A stretch of DNA of 64,000 nucleotides from an uncultured virus (IMG/VR IMGVR_UViG_3300042869_000764) (taxonomy: Duplodnaviria > Heunggongvirae > Uroviricota > Caudoviricetes), in IMG/VR virus record IMGVR_UViG_3300042869_000764. The stretch is one strand, 5' to 3'. A model generated the notes under the pieces. The model saw nothing but the letters and a program-made list of their open reading frames with translations, was not told where the DNA came from and made no database searches. Shown in pieces: positions 26,988 to 36,614 of this stretch (its first letter is position 1; the number at the start of each line of letters is the position of its first letter). Made by a program: the position numbers and the translations under genes.

Positions 26988-27222
26988 TCTACCAGATACA
27001 CTGCCCACTATACAGAAACTGTTGCAGAGAATTCAAGTAGCTGAACGCAGTCAACAAAAAGAAATACGCATTAGTTTACAAGAAGCACGTGATCTGACCA
27101 CAGAACTGGCACTCATGTCTGCTAAACTAAGCAAGACTGTGGGCGAAATACATCAAATGCTGGCAGCAATCAAAGAATCAACCACTCAAATAGACGTAAA
27201 ATTCGACGGCGGCAAGTTCTAA
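26974..27222 (+). CDS. Hypothetical coiled-coil protein
   Basis: Overlapping ORF. Confidence 0.65.
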   Translation: MLQNNLPDTLPTIQKLLQRIQVAERSQQKEIRISLQEARDLTTELALMSAKLSKTVGEIHQMLAAIKESTTQIDVKFDGGKF

Positions 27223-27227
27223 AAAGA

Positions 27228-27265
27228 TATAAATATATACGTGGTTAATTAGGAACACGTATATG
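27228..27265 (+). promoter_or_regulatory. Late promoter TATAAATA with start-codon-sequestering hairpin
   Basis: ATATACGTG(27235-27243) pairs with CACGTATAT(27256-27264). Confidence 0.7.
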
Positions 27266-27547
27266 AGTAGACCCAAACCTAAAATTCTTTTAGAATATGC
27301 TAACAAAGAAACCTACAAGGTTGAGCAAATTCTCGATTCAGAAGCTATCTGGGCTGTGTTCTATAACGGCCAACCTTTCAATCTCAAGAGCGGTAGTTTG
27401 GTAGCCAGCTATCCCGGACCAAAATATAAAAAAGTCTCATTTTCAAATCCAGGTCATGCACATAATCTGGCAAAGAAATTAAATCGATTGTTCAAGACCA
27501 AAGACTTTGCTGTATATAAACTCACTGCAGGTGAAGAGATTAAATGA
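27263..27547 (+). CDS. Hypothetical protein
   Basis: MSRPKP... ORF with SD AGGA. Confidence 0.75.
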   Translation: MSRPKPKILLEYANKETYKVEQILDSEAIWAVFYNGQPFNLKSGSLVASYPGPKYKKVSFSNPGHAHNLAKKLNRLFKTKDFAVYKLTAGEEIK

Positions 27548-27548
27548 C

Positions 27549-27947
27549 ATGAACAAAGATGCCTACACCAAGGCGTTCTTGCAGGCAGCAGAATTACCGG
27601 TTAATGAAAAAAACATCAAAGACTACAAAGCTGTATGGTGGTGGAGTTTTAGGAAAAAAGATCAAGGTGGTTTAAGATTAACTGAACAGGCTCTCGAATT
27701 CATTGAGAAATATGCCAAAATTAAAACCTACAAAATAGAATTTCCCAAAGAATTTGCATTCACTCCGCAGGTGCTGCTTTGGTTAGATAACTACATTGAT
27801 TCTCCTTTCTTTGTTAATAAAAAACACATTATAGTAATGAAAGAAAAAGCTGCATTTGAGTTATATCTTCTTAGTGGAGATGTTAGAAAGCTAGGACACA
27901 ATCGAGCCATGAGTAAAAGACTTAGCCAAGAATCTACCCCCGAGTAA
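27549..27947 (+). CDS. Hypothetical protein
   Basis: ATG at 27549. Confidence 0.7.
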   Translation: MNKDAYTKAFLQAAELPVNEKNIKDYKAVWWWSFRKKDQGGLRLTEQALEFIEKYAKIKTYKIEFPKEFAFTPQVLLWLDNYIDSPFFVNKKHIIVMKEKAAFELYLLSGDVRKLGHNRAMSKRLSQESTPE

Positions 27948-27955
27948 TCCCCCTG

Positions 27956-27963
27956 TATAAATA
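27956..27963 (+). promoter_or_regulatory. Late promoter TATAAATA
   Basis: Exact T4 late consensus 8 nt before ATG 27972. Confidence 0.65.
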
Positions 27964-27971
27964 TTTTCACT

Positions 27972-28241
27972 ATGTTTGACCTTAATCCAATGGACGTACT
28001 ACAACAGCGAAAGCTGAAGACTGTGGCCCCACATTTCACTGAATTGAATATTTCAGAATCTGAAATATTTGAAGGCATCGAAGATTGGATCAAAGTCAAA
28101 CTCAAGGGCAGATATTATATCTGCAAAAAACCTGCTCTAGACCAGAGTGGAAATTTAAGATCTTCGCATTTCGTAGGTTTTGAAGATCAAAAAGAATTAA
28201 CCTATTTCATGCTTGCATGCCCACATCTAAGGAGAAACTAA
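27972..28241 (+). CDS. Hypothetical protein
   Basis: ORF behind late promoter. Confidence 0.7.
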   Translation: MFDLNPMDVLQQRKLKTVAPHFTELNISESEIFEGIEDWIKVKLKGRYYICKKPALDQSGNLRSSHFVGFEDQKELTYFMLACPHLRRN

Positions 28242-28480
28242 TGTCAGAAGAAGTTAAAGATCAAGTCGTAGAGACACCAGCCCAAGCAGCGCCTGCGGCA
28301 ACAGAAGCACCTGCAGCACAAGGTCCTGATTTAAATATCAGCGATCTGTTAGCCGTAAAAAATATCATCGAAGTTGCAACAAGCAGAGGAGCGTTCAAAG
28401 CAGCAGAATTGGAAGCAGTTGGTAAAAGTTTCAACAAACTAAATTCCTTCCTTGAAGCTGTATCTAAAAAGGAAGCCTAA
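28241..28480 (+). CDS. Hypothetical protein
   Basis: SD AAGGAG, TAATG coupling. Confidence 0.7.
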   Translation: MSEEVKDQVVETPAQAAPAATEAPAAQGPDLNISDLLAVKNIIEVATSRGAFKAAELEAVGKSFNKLNSFLEAVSKKEA

Positions 28481-29131
28481 ATGAAAAGCCTTAAACACAT
28501 AGGTAGAATTCAAAACACAGGTGCCAAGGTATTGGTAGTGTTTAGAACGTTGCCCGGAGAGTCAAACATGGCTCTAGTATTACCTGTAGCTCAACTGCCA
28601 GATCAATATCATGATTCGATTATGACTTTGGTAGAAACAGAACAAGCGCAGGATGCATTTGAGTTTGGCGAAATCATGCACATACGCCCATTCCCGGATG
28701 GTAGACCTATGTTGCGGGCCATGCAAGCAGATGGCAGATTGATTAAAGTAGCCACAGATGCTGTAATGATGACACCTACTACCAACGATACTGTGCTGTT
28801 GGCTAATCTTAACACGCTGATAGCAGAACAGAAAAACTGCACCGTAGATGATCTATGCACATTTGTAGCAGGTGCTCCGTCTGCTAAAGCTGAAGTTAAA
28901 AATGCAGCCACAGTAAATGATACGATTCCTGCGGTAGATTCAGATATACCTGCTCCTATACGAGCGCAGGCCGCAACCGATGCTGTACTAACTGACAAGG
29001 ATCTAGCAAAATCATATCGTAGCCAAGCTGATGCTATGTATAAAGAAGCAGCAAGATTACGCAAAGAAGCGGAAGAACTCGATCCCACTGTTAAAAAAGT
29101 TAAAAAGGTAGAAGAAACTGCTGATGCCTAA
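28481..29131 (+). CDS. Hypothetical protein
   Basis: Long ORF with SD. Confidence 0.75.
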   Translation: MKSLKHIGRIQNTGAKVLVVFRTLPGESNMALVLPVAQLPDQYHDSIMTLVETEQAQDAFEFGEIMHIRPFPDGRPMLRAMQADGRLIKVATDAVMMTPTTNDTVLLANLNTLIAEQKNCTVDDLCTFVAGAPSAKAEVKNAATVNDTIPAVDSDIPAPIRAQAATDAVLTDKDLAKSYRSQADAMYKEAARLRKEAEELDPTVKKVKKVEETADA

Positions 29132-29429
29132 TCCCTTGTTCAAACCTCCGCGCCATCTTGTAAAAGAATGGCCGGAGGTTTTTGAAGATCTCTACATGAA
29201 TACCATGCCGGTAGCCTATCTGGATTCAGTACGACTGGATTTTATAGATGGCAGAGTATGGGAAATCGATGTAAAAAATGAATTGACTAAACAAACTTCC
29301 GAAAGCATCGCTGACGTATTGCTTAACACACTCCAAGAATACAAGGATGAAATCAAAAAGATCGATTTTAAAGTTGATGTGACCCGCTTGAAAACTGATA
29401 TTGCCAGCGAAACTAATAAATTGTTCTAG
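29124..29429 (+). CDS. Hypothetical protein
   Basis: Overlapping ORF. Confidence 0.7.
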   Translation: MPNPLFKPPRHLVKEWPEVFEDLYMNTMPVAYLDSVRLDFIDGRVWEIDVKNELTKQTSESIADVLLNTLQEYKDEIKKIDFKVDVTRLKTDIASETNKLF

Positions 29430-29442
29430 ATGATTAAAAGCA

Positions 29443-30108
29443 TTGTTAGATTTACTTATGTATAGAGTCGATGATTCATCTGTAGAAAAAGAAGTAATAG
29501 AGATTTTAACATCTCGACCAATGTCGTTGATGCCCATGAATAAGTTAACACCTATTATCAAAGCAATCAATGATTATAAGTTAACACAAATATTAGAAAT
29601 TGGAACATTTGCAGGCGGCACTACATATATACTAGCAAAAGAATTCCCAAGCAATTCAATAACAACCGTTGACCCTAGCAACTTTGAAGAATACTTCGCA
29701 ATGAAAGGTCTCTCAGATCATTTAATGCACCTACGATCGAAGTATCCCGAACTTATGTTAGAGCCCGCATCTTTTAGACATATTCAAAAATTGTATAAAA
29801 AAGAGTGCGATAATATTACGTTAATTACAGATGTAGTGCATAATGTTGATATTTCTCAAATGAGTTGTATAATACTCGATGGTAGCCATAAGGACGAAGT
29901 TTTAAAAACTGACTTAGAATATTGTTATGCGAACATGAAGCCCGGTATTATATTTGTCGACGATTGTATGTATGAACATATTAACAAGTGTGCCAACAGA
30001 TTTGCCAAAGAACATCATTTAGAATTAGTCTATTTTAATATCGAACACAACGGACTCTGGAAACTTGATCTATGTGCAATAATAACAAATCCATTAATTA
30101 AATTATAG
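29443..30108 (+). CDS. Class I SAM-dependent methyltransferase (Methyltransf_24-like)
   Basis: LEIGTFAGGT, ILDGSH, FVDD; start uncertain (29443 or 29458). Confidence 0.75.
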   Translation: MLDLLMYRVDDSSVEKEVIEILTSRPMSLMPMNKLTPIIKAINDYKLTQILEIGTFAGGTTYILAKEFPSNSITTVDPSNFEEYFAMKGLSDHLMHLRSKYPELMLEPASFRHIQKLYKKECDNITLITDVVHNVDISQMSCIILDGSHKDEVLKTDLEYCYANMKPGIIFVDDCMYEHINKCANRFAKEHHLELVYFNIEHNGLWKLDLCAIITNPLIKL

Positions 30109-30130
30109 CAGAACAATTTCTCTATTCTGG

Positions 30131-30973
30131 TTAGTTGATAATAACATGCTCTTTGTAAAGCTGTTCGGCGAAAGATTTATGAGCATCCTCATTTAAATGT
30201 CCATGTGGTAATGTAGTTTTTTCCGTTTTAAAATCGTATAAACAACAATCTGTAGTTGCAAATAGTTGAGAATTATGTAATTGATTTATTATTTTGTTAA
30301 AAAATAAAGCATTCTCAAGTGACGCTACCCGATATGTGCCGTAAGCGTGTGTGCTGGGCCAAAGACATAATTCTTCACGAATTTGTTCCATAGGGATCAC
30401 AAACAATCTGCCATTTATTTTCTGTTTTATTGATTCGAATACTTTTAAATCTCTATAATAATTCCACAAGAGTCTATCGTCTGTGAAATATTTTGTTATA
30501 TGTTCTGATAGTTCGACTTTGTACGATTCGATATTTGAAAGTAAAAACGGCACAGGTTCTGGATAGGTACTAGAGAAAAACATAGATCGCTGGGTTCCGG
30601 TTGTTCCGACCAAAATTAAATCGTCATCGGTAATTTCTCCCGAATTTAATTTTTGTTCTATCTGCCAACACATGAGTTCATTACTATTACCAGGCTTTGC
30701 ATAATTTATAAAGTTCACACCCAAGTAAGAAGCTAGATGTGCCGGCCAAGAATGGTTGGGTTCTTGTTTTCGAATTTCTAGCTGTAGCTTCATCTGATCT
30801 GGATCTTTTTTAAGTTTTTCCCACCACTGATACGCATCTAATTTATTTTTTAAATCTACAAAATAGGGATTTAATTGATAATCTAGTATTTCGGTCCCGG
30901 CTGTAAAACTGCAACCGAATGCTACGATTCTTTTTACATTAAATGTATTTTCTTTGATAGTAAGTTTTACCAT
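30131..30973 (-). CDS. SGNH/GDSL-like hydrolase or acyltransferase
   Basis: AFGCSFT, NYAKPGNSN, C-terminal HGHL. Confidence 0.65.
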   Translation of the reverse strand: MVKLTIKENTFNVKRIVAFGCSFTAGTEILDYQLNPYFVDLKNKLDAYQWWEKLKKDPDQMKLQLEIRKQEPNHSWPAHLASYLGVNFINYAKPGNSNELMCWQIEQKLNSGEITDDDLILVGTTGTQRSMFFSSTYPEPVPFLLSNIESYKVELSEHITKYFTDDRLLWNYYRDLKVFESIKQKINGRLFVIPMEQIREELCLWPSTHAYGTYRVASLENALFFNKIINQLHNSQLFATTDCCLYDFKTEKTTLPHGHLNEDAHKSFAEQLYKEHVIIN

Positions 30974-32166
30974 GTGTTTACCTTGAATTGTTTTGCGTAT
31001 TCTATAAAATGAGGTTTGATTTTGAATAAATTTTGATTACGTATCATATCATAGTTTTTTTGCATTTTAAAAAATTCGACCACCCTTTTAGAGTCCACAT
31101 TTTTAGATTTATCTATTGCTTCCTTAATCATATTTAATAATTCATCTGCTCGATGCAACGATGTATTTCTATACTTTTGTAATTTGCTGTGTGACTCTTC
31201 CAAAACATGCAAGGGTGTTATGTCAAGCTCATTGAATTGAACTACCGGAATAAAATAAAAGCTGAGTTTATTATCTGATAGTTCATGCATGCTATCAATA
31301 AGTTGGTCTAAGTTATCAACATTTAAATTTTGCACAGTGGTGGCTATTCCAGGTAGTATATTCTTATTCTGTTTAGAATAATCAATTACAAGGTTTATAT
31401 TTTTATGTAATTTAGCCCAATTTCCAGGCCACCTTATATACTCATAAGTATCACCATGGCCGTCTATACTGATGCTTAAATCTATATTTCTAAATTTTTC
31501 CCATACTTCTAATTTACGTTCAGCATCAATTTGTAGGTTTGTATTGTAATGCAAGATTAAATTTTTTGATCTACCGTTCGCAATGAGCAGTTCAACAATC
31601 TCATCGTGAAATTCAGATACCAGTGGTTCTCCTCCCAACATGTATATTTCTGTTAAGTTAACAGATTTGTTGATTGTGTCAAGTATTTTGTCTTTGGTAG
31701 ATCTATCAAATTCGATGATTTCCTTGTGACCCTGTGATTTATTAATGATATTCCATTGTTTGGCAACTAAAGAACTGCTATAAGGACTGCACATTCGACA
31801 GGCGAGATTACATTTATTTCCTAGTGTAATATCAAGATACTGTATATTTTCAAAACCTATGTGACTTTTAAATTCAATCGTCTTGTTATTTTTTATTCCA
31901 TAAGATTGATTTTCATTTGCTACGTGTCTAAAACTAGGATTCCCGATAGCCTCCATGTTCCAGCATCGATCACAGTTACTAGGCTTTTGTCCATTTAAAA
32001 AATCCTGTCTTAGTTCTACAATTTTTTTATTATTAATGAATTCTTCAGGAGTTAAATCCTTGGCATATAATTTGAATCCATTGGTTCCACTGCTACAACA
32101 AGCTCTAAATTGCCCGACTGCATCTATGCTTATGCTATTAAAAGGTAAGACACATAAATTATTCAT
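30967..32166 (-). CDS. Radical SAM protein with N-terminal twitch/SPASM-like Cys cluster
   Basis: CNLACRMC, GGEP, YNTN, SIDG, YIR; N-terminal C...CC...CDRC; SD before ATG 32166. Confidence 0.88.
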   Translation of the reverse strand: MNNLCVLPFNSISIDAVGQFRACCSSGTNGFKLYAKDLTPEEFINNKKIVELRQDFLNGQKPSNCDRCWNMEAIGNPSFRHVANENQSYGIKNNKTIEFKSHIGFENIQYLDITLGNKCNLACRMCSPYSSSLVAKQWNIINKSQGHKEIIEFDRSTKDKILDTINKSVNLTEIYMLGGEPLVSEFHDEIVELLIANGRSKNLILHYNTNLQIDAERKLEVWEKFRNIDLSISIDGHGDTYEYIRWPGNWAKLHKNINLVIDYSKQNKNILPGIATTVQNLNVDNLDQLIDSMHELSDNKLSFYFIPVVQFNELDITPLHVLEESHSKLQKYRNTSLHRADELLNMIKEAIDKSKNVDSKRVVEFFKMQKNYDMIRNQNLFKIKPHFIEYAKQFKVNTW

Positions 32167-33385
32167 TGTTTTCCTTGATAATGTATGAATCTTTTTTGTT
32201 TCCAAGTTCTCCAAAATCGAGACCATTAAATTCTACACCACAGCATTGTCCGCATTTCGCTGGACGCATTGAAGTATTACCATTTTCGTTATCCCACGTG
32301 TCGGGAATCCATTTCTGGAAAATATCTAATTGCAGTATGTCGTAGATATCGTTGATATGCATATTAAGTCTATGTAGTCCACCTTGAGCATTAATCATAC
32401 TGATATAATTTTCGTCTCGGTCTTTAACTTTGGTATCTATCATAGGCTCGGAACCTAAAAAACAACAAGGAGCAACATGTCCTCCTGCACTTACAAATAT
32501 TTCATTGTGCGGTTGATGCATTCTAGCATCTTTGACTGCGCGGCACGCTATGTTAAGTGAATCTAGATCAATAGTTTCCCATTTTCCATTTACAAATCTC
32601 ATGTCCCCATTCTTGATACCTACCATATTTTTAAAATCATTCAGCGTGATACTTTGATATTTGCTCTGCTTGAAGTATTGCGAATCTTCAAAGTTGTGTT
32701 TGAATTTATCTTCATTGGGTTGTTTAAGATCATACAAGTGTATGCCTTTGGAATAAACAGGATATGACCCAACACCGTCTTTGTATTTTGCCCAACGGGT
32801 AGTTCTTTTAACGTTAAAGTTCTTAAAGCCCATAGAACGTGCTAGTTCTCTAGCTTCCTCAACTTGATGTTCATTGTGCTCAAATACAATAAAATCCCAA
32901 TGAGCAACACCGCCAGCATCAATAAATGCTTTGGCGTTTTCCATGATTTTTTTCCAGTTGGTATTTCGACGATAAAGATGATTTGTGTCTTCAAGTCCAT
33001 CTAGACTAAACGTACAGTAGTTACCTAGATTTTGATCTTCACGCATCACAGCCCCTAACCGACTCCACCATGCTGGATTTCTAAGGCTACCGTTAGTGTT
33101 ACAGGCAAGCCCCATGCCTGGATTGATTTCTCTGCAGTATTCATATATGTCTACAAATTCTCTACAGGCGCAAGGATCACCAAAGTTACCACAAGCAAGT
33201 ATCTTTTGCAATTGCGATAAAAATTTTACAGACCATGCTTTTTTAAAACTTTCTAAAGTCCATTCTTTATTTTCTAATGTGCTTATCTCAAAACCTTTTG
33301 AATCATATCTTGGACACATAGAACATCCACTGTTACATTTGTCTGTTGGTTCCCAATGAACCTGTGTTACTGCATCATTCCACAT
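32159..33385 (-). CDS. Radical SAM protein with C-terminal SPASM/twitch domain
   Basis: CNSGCSMC, GNFGDP, NTNG, SLDG; C-terminal C...PCC...CGQCC. Confidence 0.88.
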   Translation of the reverse strand: MWNDAVTQVHWEPTDKCNSGCSMCPRYDSKGFEISTLENKEWTLESFKKAWSVKFLSQLQKILACGNFGDPCACREFVDIYEYCREINPGMGLACNTNGSLRNPAWWSRLGAVMREDQNLGNYCTFSLDGLEDTNHLYRRNTNWKKIMENAKAFIDAGGVAHWDFIVFEHNEHQVEEARELARSMGFKNFNVKRTTRWAKYKDGVGSYPVYSKGIHLYDLKQPNEDKFKHNFEDSQYFKQSKYQSITLNDFKNMVGIKNGDMRFVNGKWETIDLDSLNIACRAVKDARMHQPHNEIFVSAGGHVAPCCFLGSEPMIDTKVKDRDENYISMINAQGGLHRLNMHINDIYDILQLDIFQKWIPDTWDNENGNTSMRPAKCGQCCGVEFNGLDFGELGNKKDSYIIKENNE

Positions 33386-33393
33386 ATTATATC

Positions 33394-34596
33394 CTATAAG
33401 TATTTTTTAATTTCGTTGAAATATTCAGGAAAGATCTCTTTGAAAGATTCTTTTCTTATTGTATCTCGCTTTTCGAGTTCTGCCCAAAAATTAATCCAGT
33501 CTGATTCAAAAAATTCTGTGTTAGATAGGTATTGTATAACCATATTTCTATCATTGTTCCACTGTTGTGGCAGATATTTAGATTCAGATGCATTGAGTCT
33601 ATTAATTATTGATTGTTTTAATTCACAAGGCAACACTTTGATACTATGATGATCGTGCACCATATTAACATATATACCGATGCCCTTGCTGGCATAATGC
33701 TCAAATGTTTCAAAAAAATCATATACATTAAATGCTGAAACAGAAATACAAGCAGATAGCAACCATTCAGTTTTGCTATTATTTTTTGCAGAAATAAACT
33801 TATCAATATTTTCTTCTACTTCTTCCCAAACAGCTGGATGACGGCAATATTCAAATTTCTTACCGACACCATCACTGCTGATTTGTATATCCACAAGTCT
33901 AAACTCTTCTAGCAATGACATATATTTCTCTGGGTAGATAGTGCCATTAGTGTTATAATGAATGTGTTGTTTTTTACTCCACCCTTCCTCAACGCATTTG
34001 TTTACAATACTCCAGTGTTTTTCGATATAAAAAGGTTCGCCTCCGGCAAAATCAAATTTAGTTACATTGGGCAATAATGCAGTAATATCATCCCACAGAA
34101 ATTTATTTTCGTAATCAAAACTATCTTTAACAGTTTGCCACCTCGGTTGTTTTAAATATGCTTGTTTATTATTTGGAAAATGTATACTAGCTTCTTCAAT
34201 CATCCAAGGAGTAGAGTGTGTTGGGCTACATATCCTACATTTTATATTGCATAGATTTCCCATACTTAGGTCTACAACTACTGGTAACATGTCACTATCA
34301 GTAATAATACTTGCATACGTTTTATTGTCTCTAATTCGTTTGCTTTCCTTGCCGGCTTCCTCTTCTTGCCAGCAAAATGTGCATTCCGGTATTTTAACCC
34401 CGTTATTAAGATTGCTAATCATTTGTTGACGATCTTTACTATTCCAAAACTCCAAAATACTAGCATTATTAATGGTAGTCTTCCCTGAGTCAGTAACCAA
34501 TTCTCGAGTACTCATGCAGCATGTTTTAACTATGCCTTTAGGATGAATACTTAGATTCATGTATGGATTCACACAGTAAGTGGATTTATTTGTCAT
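33394..34596 (-). CDS. Radical SAM protein with N-terminal twitch/SPASM-like cluster
   Basis: CNIKCRIC, GGEP, YNTNG; N-terminal C...CC...CTFC. Confidence 0.88.
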   Translation of the reverse strand: MTNKSTYCVNPYMNLSIHPKGIVKTCCMSTRELVTDSGKTTINNASILEFWNSKDRQQMISNLNNGVKIPECTFCWQEEEAGKESKRIRDNKTYASIITDSDMLPVVVDLSMGNLCNIKCRICSPTHSTPWMIEEASIHFPNNKQAYLKQPRWQTVKDSFDYENKFLWDDITALLPNVTKFDFAGGEPFYIEKHWSIVNKCVEEGWSKKQHIHYNTNGTIYPEKYMSLLEEFRLVDIQISSDGVGKKFEYCRHPAVWEEVEENIDKFISAKNNSKTEWLLSACISVSAFNVYDFFETFEHYASKGIGIYVNMVHDHHSIKVLPCELKQSIINRLNASESKYLPQQWNNDRNMVIQYLSNTEFFESDWINFWAELEKRDTIRKESFKEIFPEYFNEIKKYL

Positions 34597-35944
34597 AATT
34601 TTCGTAAATTTGTTTGCACAGATTATAAAATTCTGTGTATTCTGGAAATGTCTTTAGTAAATCTGTACCTAGACGTTTGTCATTTTCTTTAAAAAAACTA
34701 TAAAAGTCTCTTCTGCCAGCATGAATCTTTTCTTTGCTTACCGGATTCTCTTTCATATAGTCTGTAACACGAAGCATTTTTTCATATTCGACGTCGGTGA
34801 ACCATTTTTTATTGTCTACAATAAATTGTAATTGACGTTCTTGATGTGCTATAAAATCATCTGTGAGAATGTTAATCATCCAATGTGGTGGTTCTTTCAA
34901 GTACGGTGTATCAAAAGACACTGACTCAAATCCAAACTTCTCGCGCCATTCGATTACCTTTTCTAATAGTTGTTGAAAGTTAGTAACGCACAAGACATTA
35001 TAGGTACACATCAAATTTACAGTAGCACCTGCCTTGATTACTTCTATCATATTGCGTTCCCAGTGATCACATTTAAGTCCTGTACGCATATATTCTGCTT
35101 GCTCGCCCCAACTATCAATGCTTGTAAAGAAACTAAATTTACGGATCTTCTTTTGACGAACAAGACTAGTTACTCTTTGAATAAGTCTGTCAACACGATC
35201 AAAGGTTACACCTAGATTACTGTTTAATGTAATTTCTAAATGAGGACTTGGTTCTGTTTCTAGCAAATCAAAAAACTGCATAGCCCCTGGATTCATTAGA
35301 GGTTCGCCGCCAGTAATACGCAGAGTATGTAAGTCATTTTTTAAACTTGGCCACCATTTCCAGAATGCTTCAATGTAGGGATTTTCGTCTTTAGGACCGT
35401 AGTATGTTCCGTTGGTCATAAACTCAATGCCATACTGATTATAGGTTAGATCGTAATTGCCATGCTTCTTGATTTCTTCTGTCCACATGGTGCTTGCTTG
35501 TGGGCAGCAATAACCGCAACGATAATTACATCCGTTACCAAAACTCACTTCTAAGTAACGAGGATTAACCGGAGCATCCCAAGGTAATTCTGCTAGTTTT
35601 TCAATCAGTGGTTCGCTGAAATCACTGGAACTATGTATCATTCTGTCACTGATATGCTCGCCTGGTAGATCTTCAATATTCCAACAATATTGGCATTCGT
35701 TAGGGCGACCGCCTTCTAACATGGTTTTACGCTGTTCTTTTTTCCATTTTGTATTGTGTAATGCACTAGGATCTGCTGCAATTTCATCTAAACCAATATG
35801 ATGTGGGCGCGGATGATAGCAACTGTGATTATCACCGGTGTGTAGATACAGAGTTTGGTGCAACCACTTCATTGCACAGAATCCCGTACCGACTTTGTTT
35901 AATCTATCTCTTACGTTTTTAATATATTGTAATTTATGACTCAT
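34586..35944 (-). CDS. Radical SAM protein with N-terminal twitch/SPASM-like cluster
   Basis: CNYRCGYC, TGGEP; N-terminal C...HSCYH...CQYC. Confidence 0.88.
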   Translation of the reverse strand: MSHKLQYIKNVRDRLNKVGTGFCAMKWLHQTLYLHTGDNHSCYHPRPHHIGLDEIAADPSALHNTKWKKEQRKTMLEGGRPNECQYCWNIEDLPGEHISDRMIHSSSDFSEPLIEKLAELPWDAPVNPRYLEVSFGNGCNYRCGYCCPQASTMWTEEIKKHGNYDLTYNQYGIEFMTNGTYYGPKDENPYIEAFWKWWPSLKNDLHTLRITGGEPLMNPGAMQFFDLLETEPSPHLEITLNSNLGVTFDRVDRLIQRVTSLVRQKKIRKFSFFTSIDSWGEQAEYMRTGLKCDHWERNMIEVIKAGATVNLMCTYNVLCVTNFQQLLEKVIEWREKFGFESVSFDTPYLKEPPHWMINILTDDFIAHQERQLQFIVDNKKWFTDVEYEKMLRVTDYMKENPVSKEKIHAGRRDFYSFFKENDKRLGTDLLKTFPEYTEFYNLCKQIYENYDK

Positions 35945-36614
35945 TATGTAACCTGTTTTTTAAATTAATTTGACCTGCTAGTCTATGATGAAAAACATCA
36001 TCTACTATTTTAAATAGTTCGTCGTGCAATTTTTGGTTAGCCATATGATTAGGTCTCATATCTTTAGAGGCAAACTCAAGCAGTTTTTCTTCTGTGTTTA
36101 AATATTTTTTTGGTATTTCTATTCTAGAGAAATATATCAGAGCTGGCCTAACTTCGTTTTCAAATGTGTGCGAATAAACTAAGCTATCCTCGGATACAAA
36201 TTTAGTAGATACCCAATTGCTCGAATCACCGTATCCGGAAGGGAAAGCCCAGAAAAACAACATGCGGATCTTTCGTTCTTTAACAACCGCTTCGATCTTA
36301 TCCAAATACATATCAGACTGCATTTCAAGAAGACGTTGATTATAAAAGTGTTTATGATACAACTGGTGAATTTCTTGTGTCTTCTTAGAATCTTTCTGAT
36401 AATATCTTTGATTCTCAGACCAACAAAAAACAACTAAATCGTCAGGTGTTATACGGTCTAAGTCTTCCATGAATCTTAAAAATATATAATGATTGCTTGC
36501 ACCTGCAATTGATCGATTTATTAGTTGATGTTTTCCATGTAATTGATCAATCCACGAAGTGCATCTCACTTCACTAGACATGCTAAAACTATCACCGTAT
36601 ATGAAAATCGTCAT
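35934..36614 (-). CDS. SGNH/GDSL-like hydrolase or acyltransferase
   Basis: IYGDSFS, SIAGASN, PNH; ATGA coupling at 36614. Confidence 0.65.
   Translation of the reverse strand: MTIFIYGDSFSMSSEVRCTSWIDQLHGKHQLINRSIAGASNHYIFLRFMEDLDRITPDDLVVFCWSENQRYYQKDSKKTQEIHQLYHKHFYNQRLLEMQSDMYLDKIEAVVKERKIRMLFFWAFPSGYGDSSNWVSTKFVSEDSLVYSHTFENEVRPALIYFSRIEIPKKYLNTEEKLLEFASKDMRPNHMANQKLHDELFKIVDDVFHHRLAGQINLKNRLHNES

Noticed and set aside
29430..29465. Programmed frameshift joining ATG 29430 to the methyltransferase frame
   Set aside because: No convincing slippery site or stimulatory structure; in-frame starts exist at 29443/29458
30109..30129. Bidirectional terminator at the convergence point
   Set aside because: Only a 5-bp stem with a long loop and no clear U-tract
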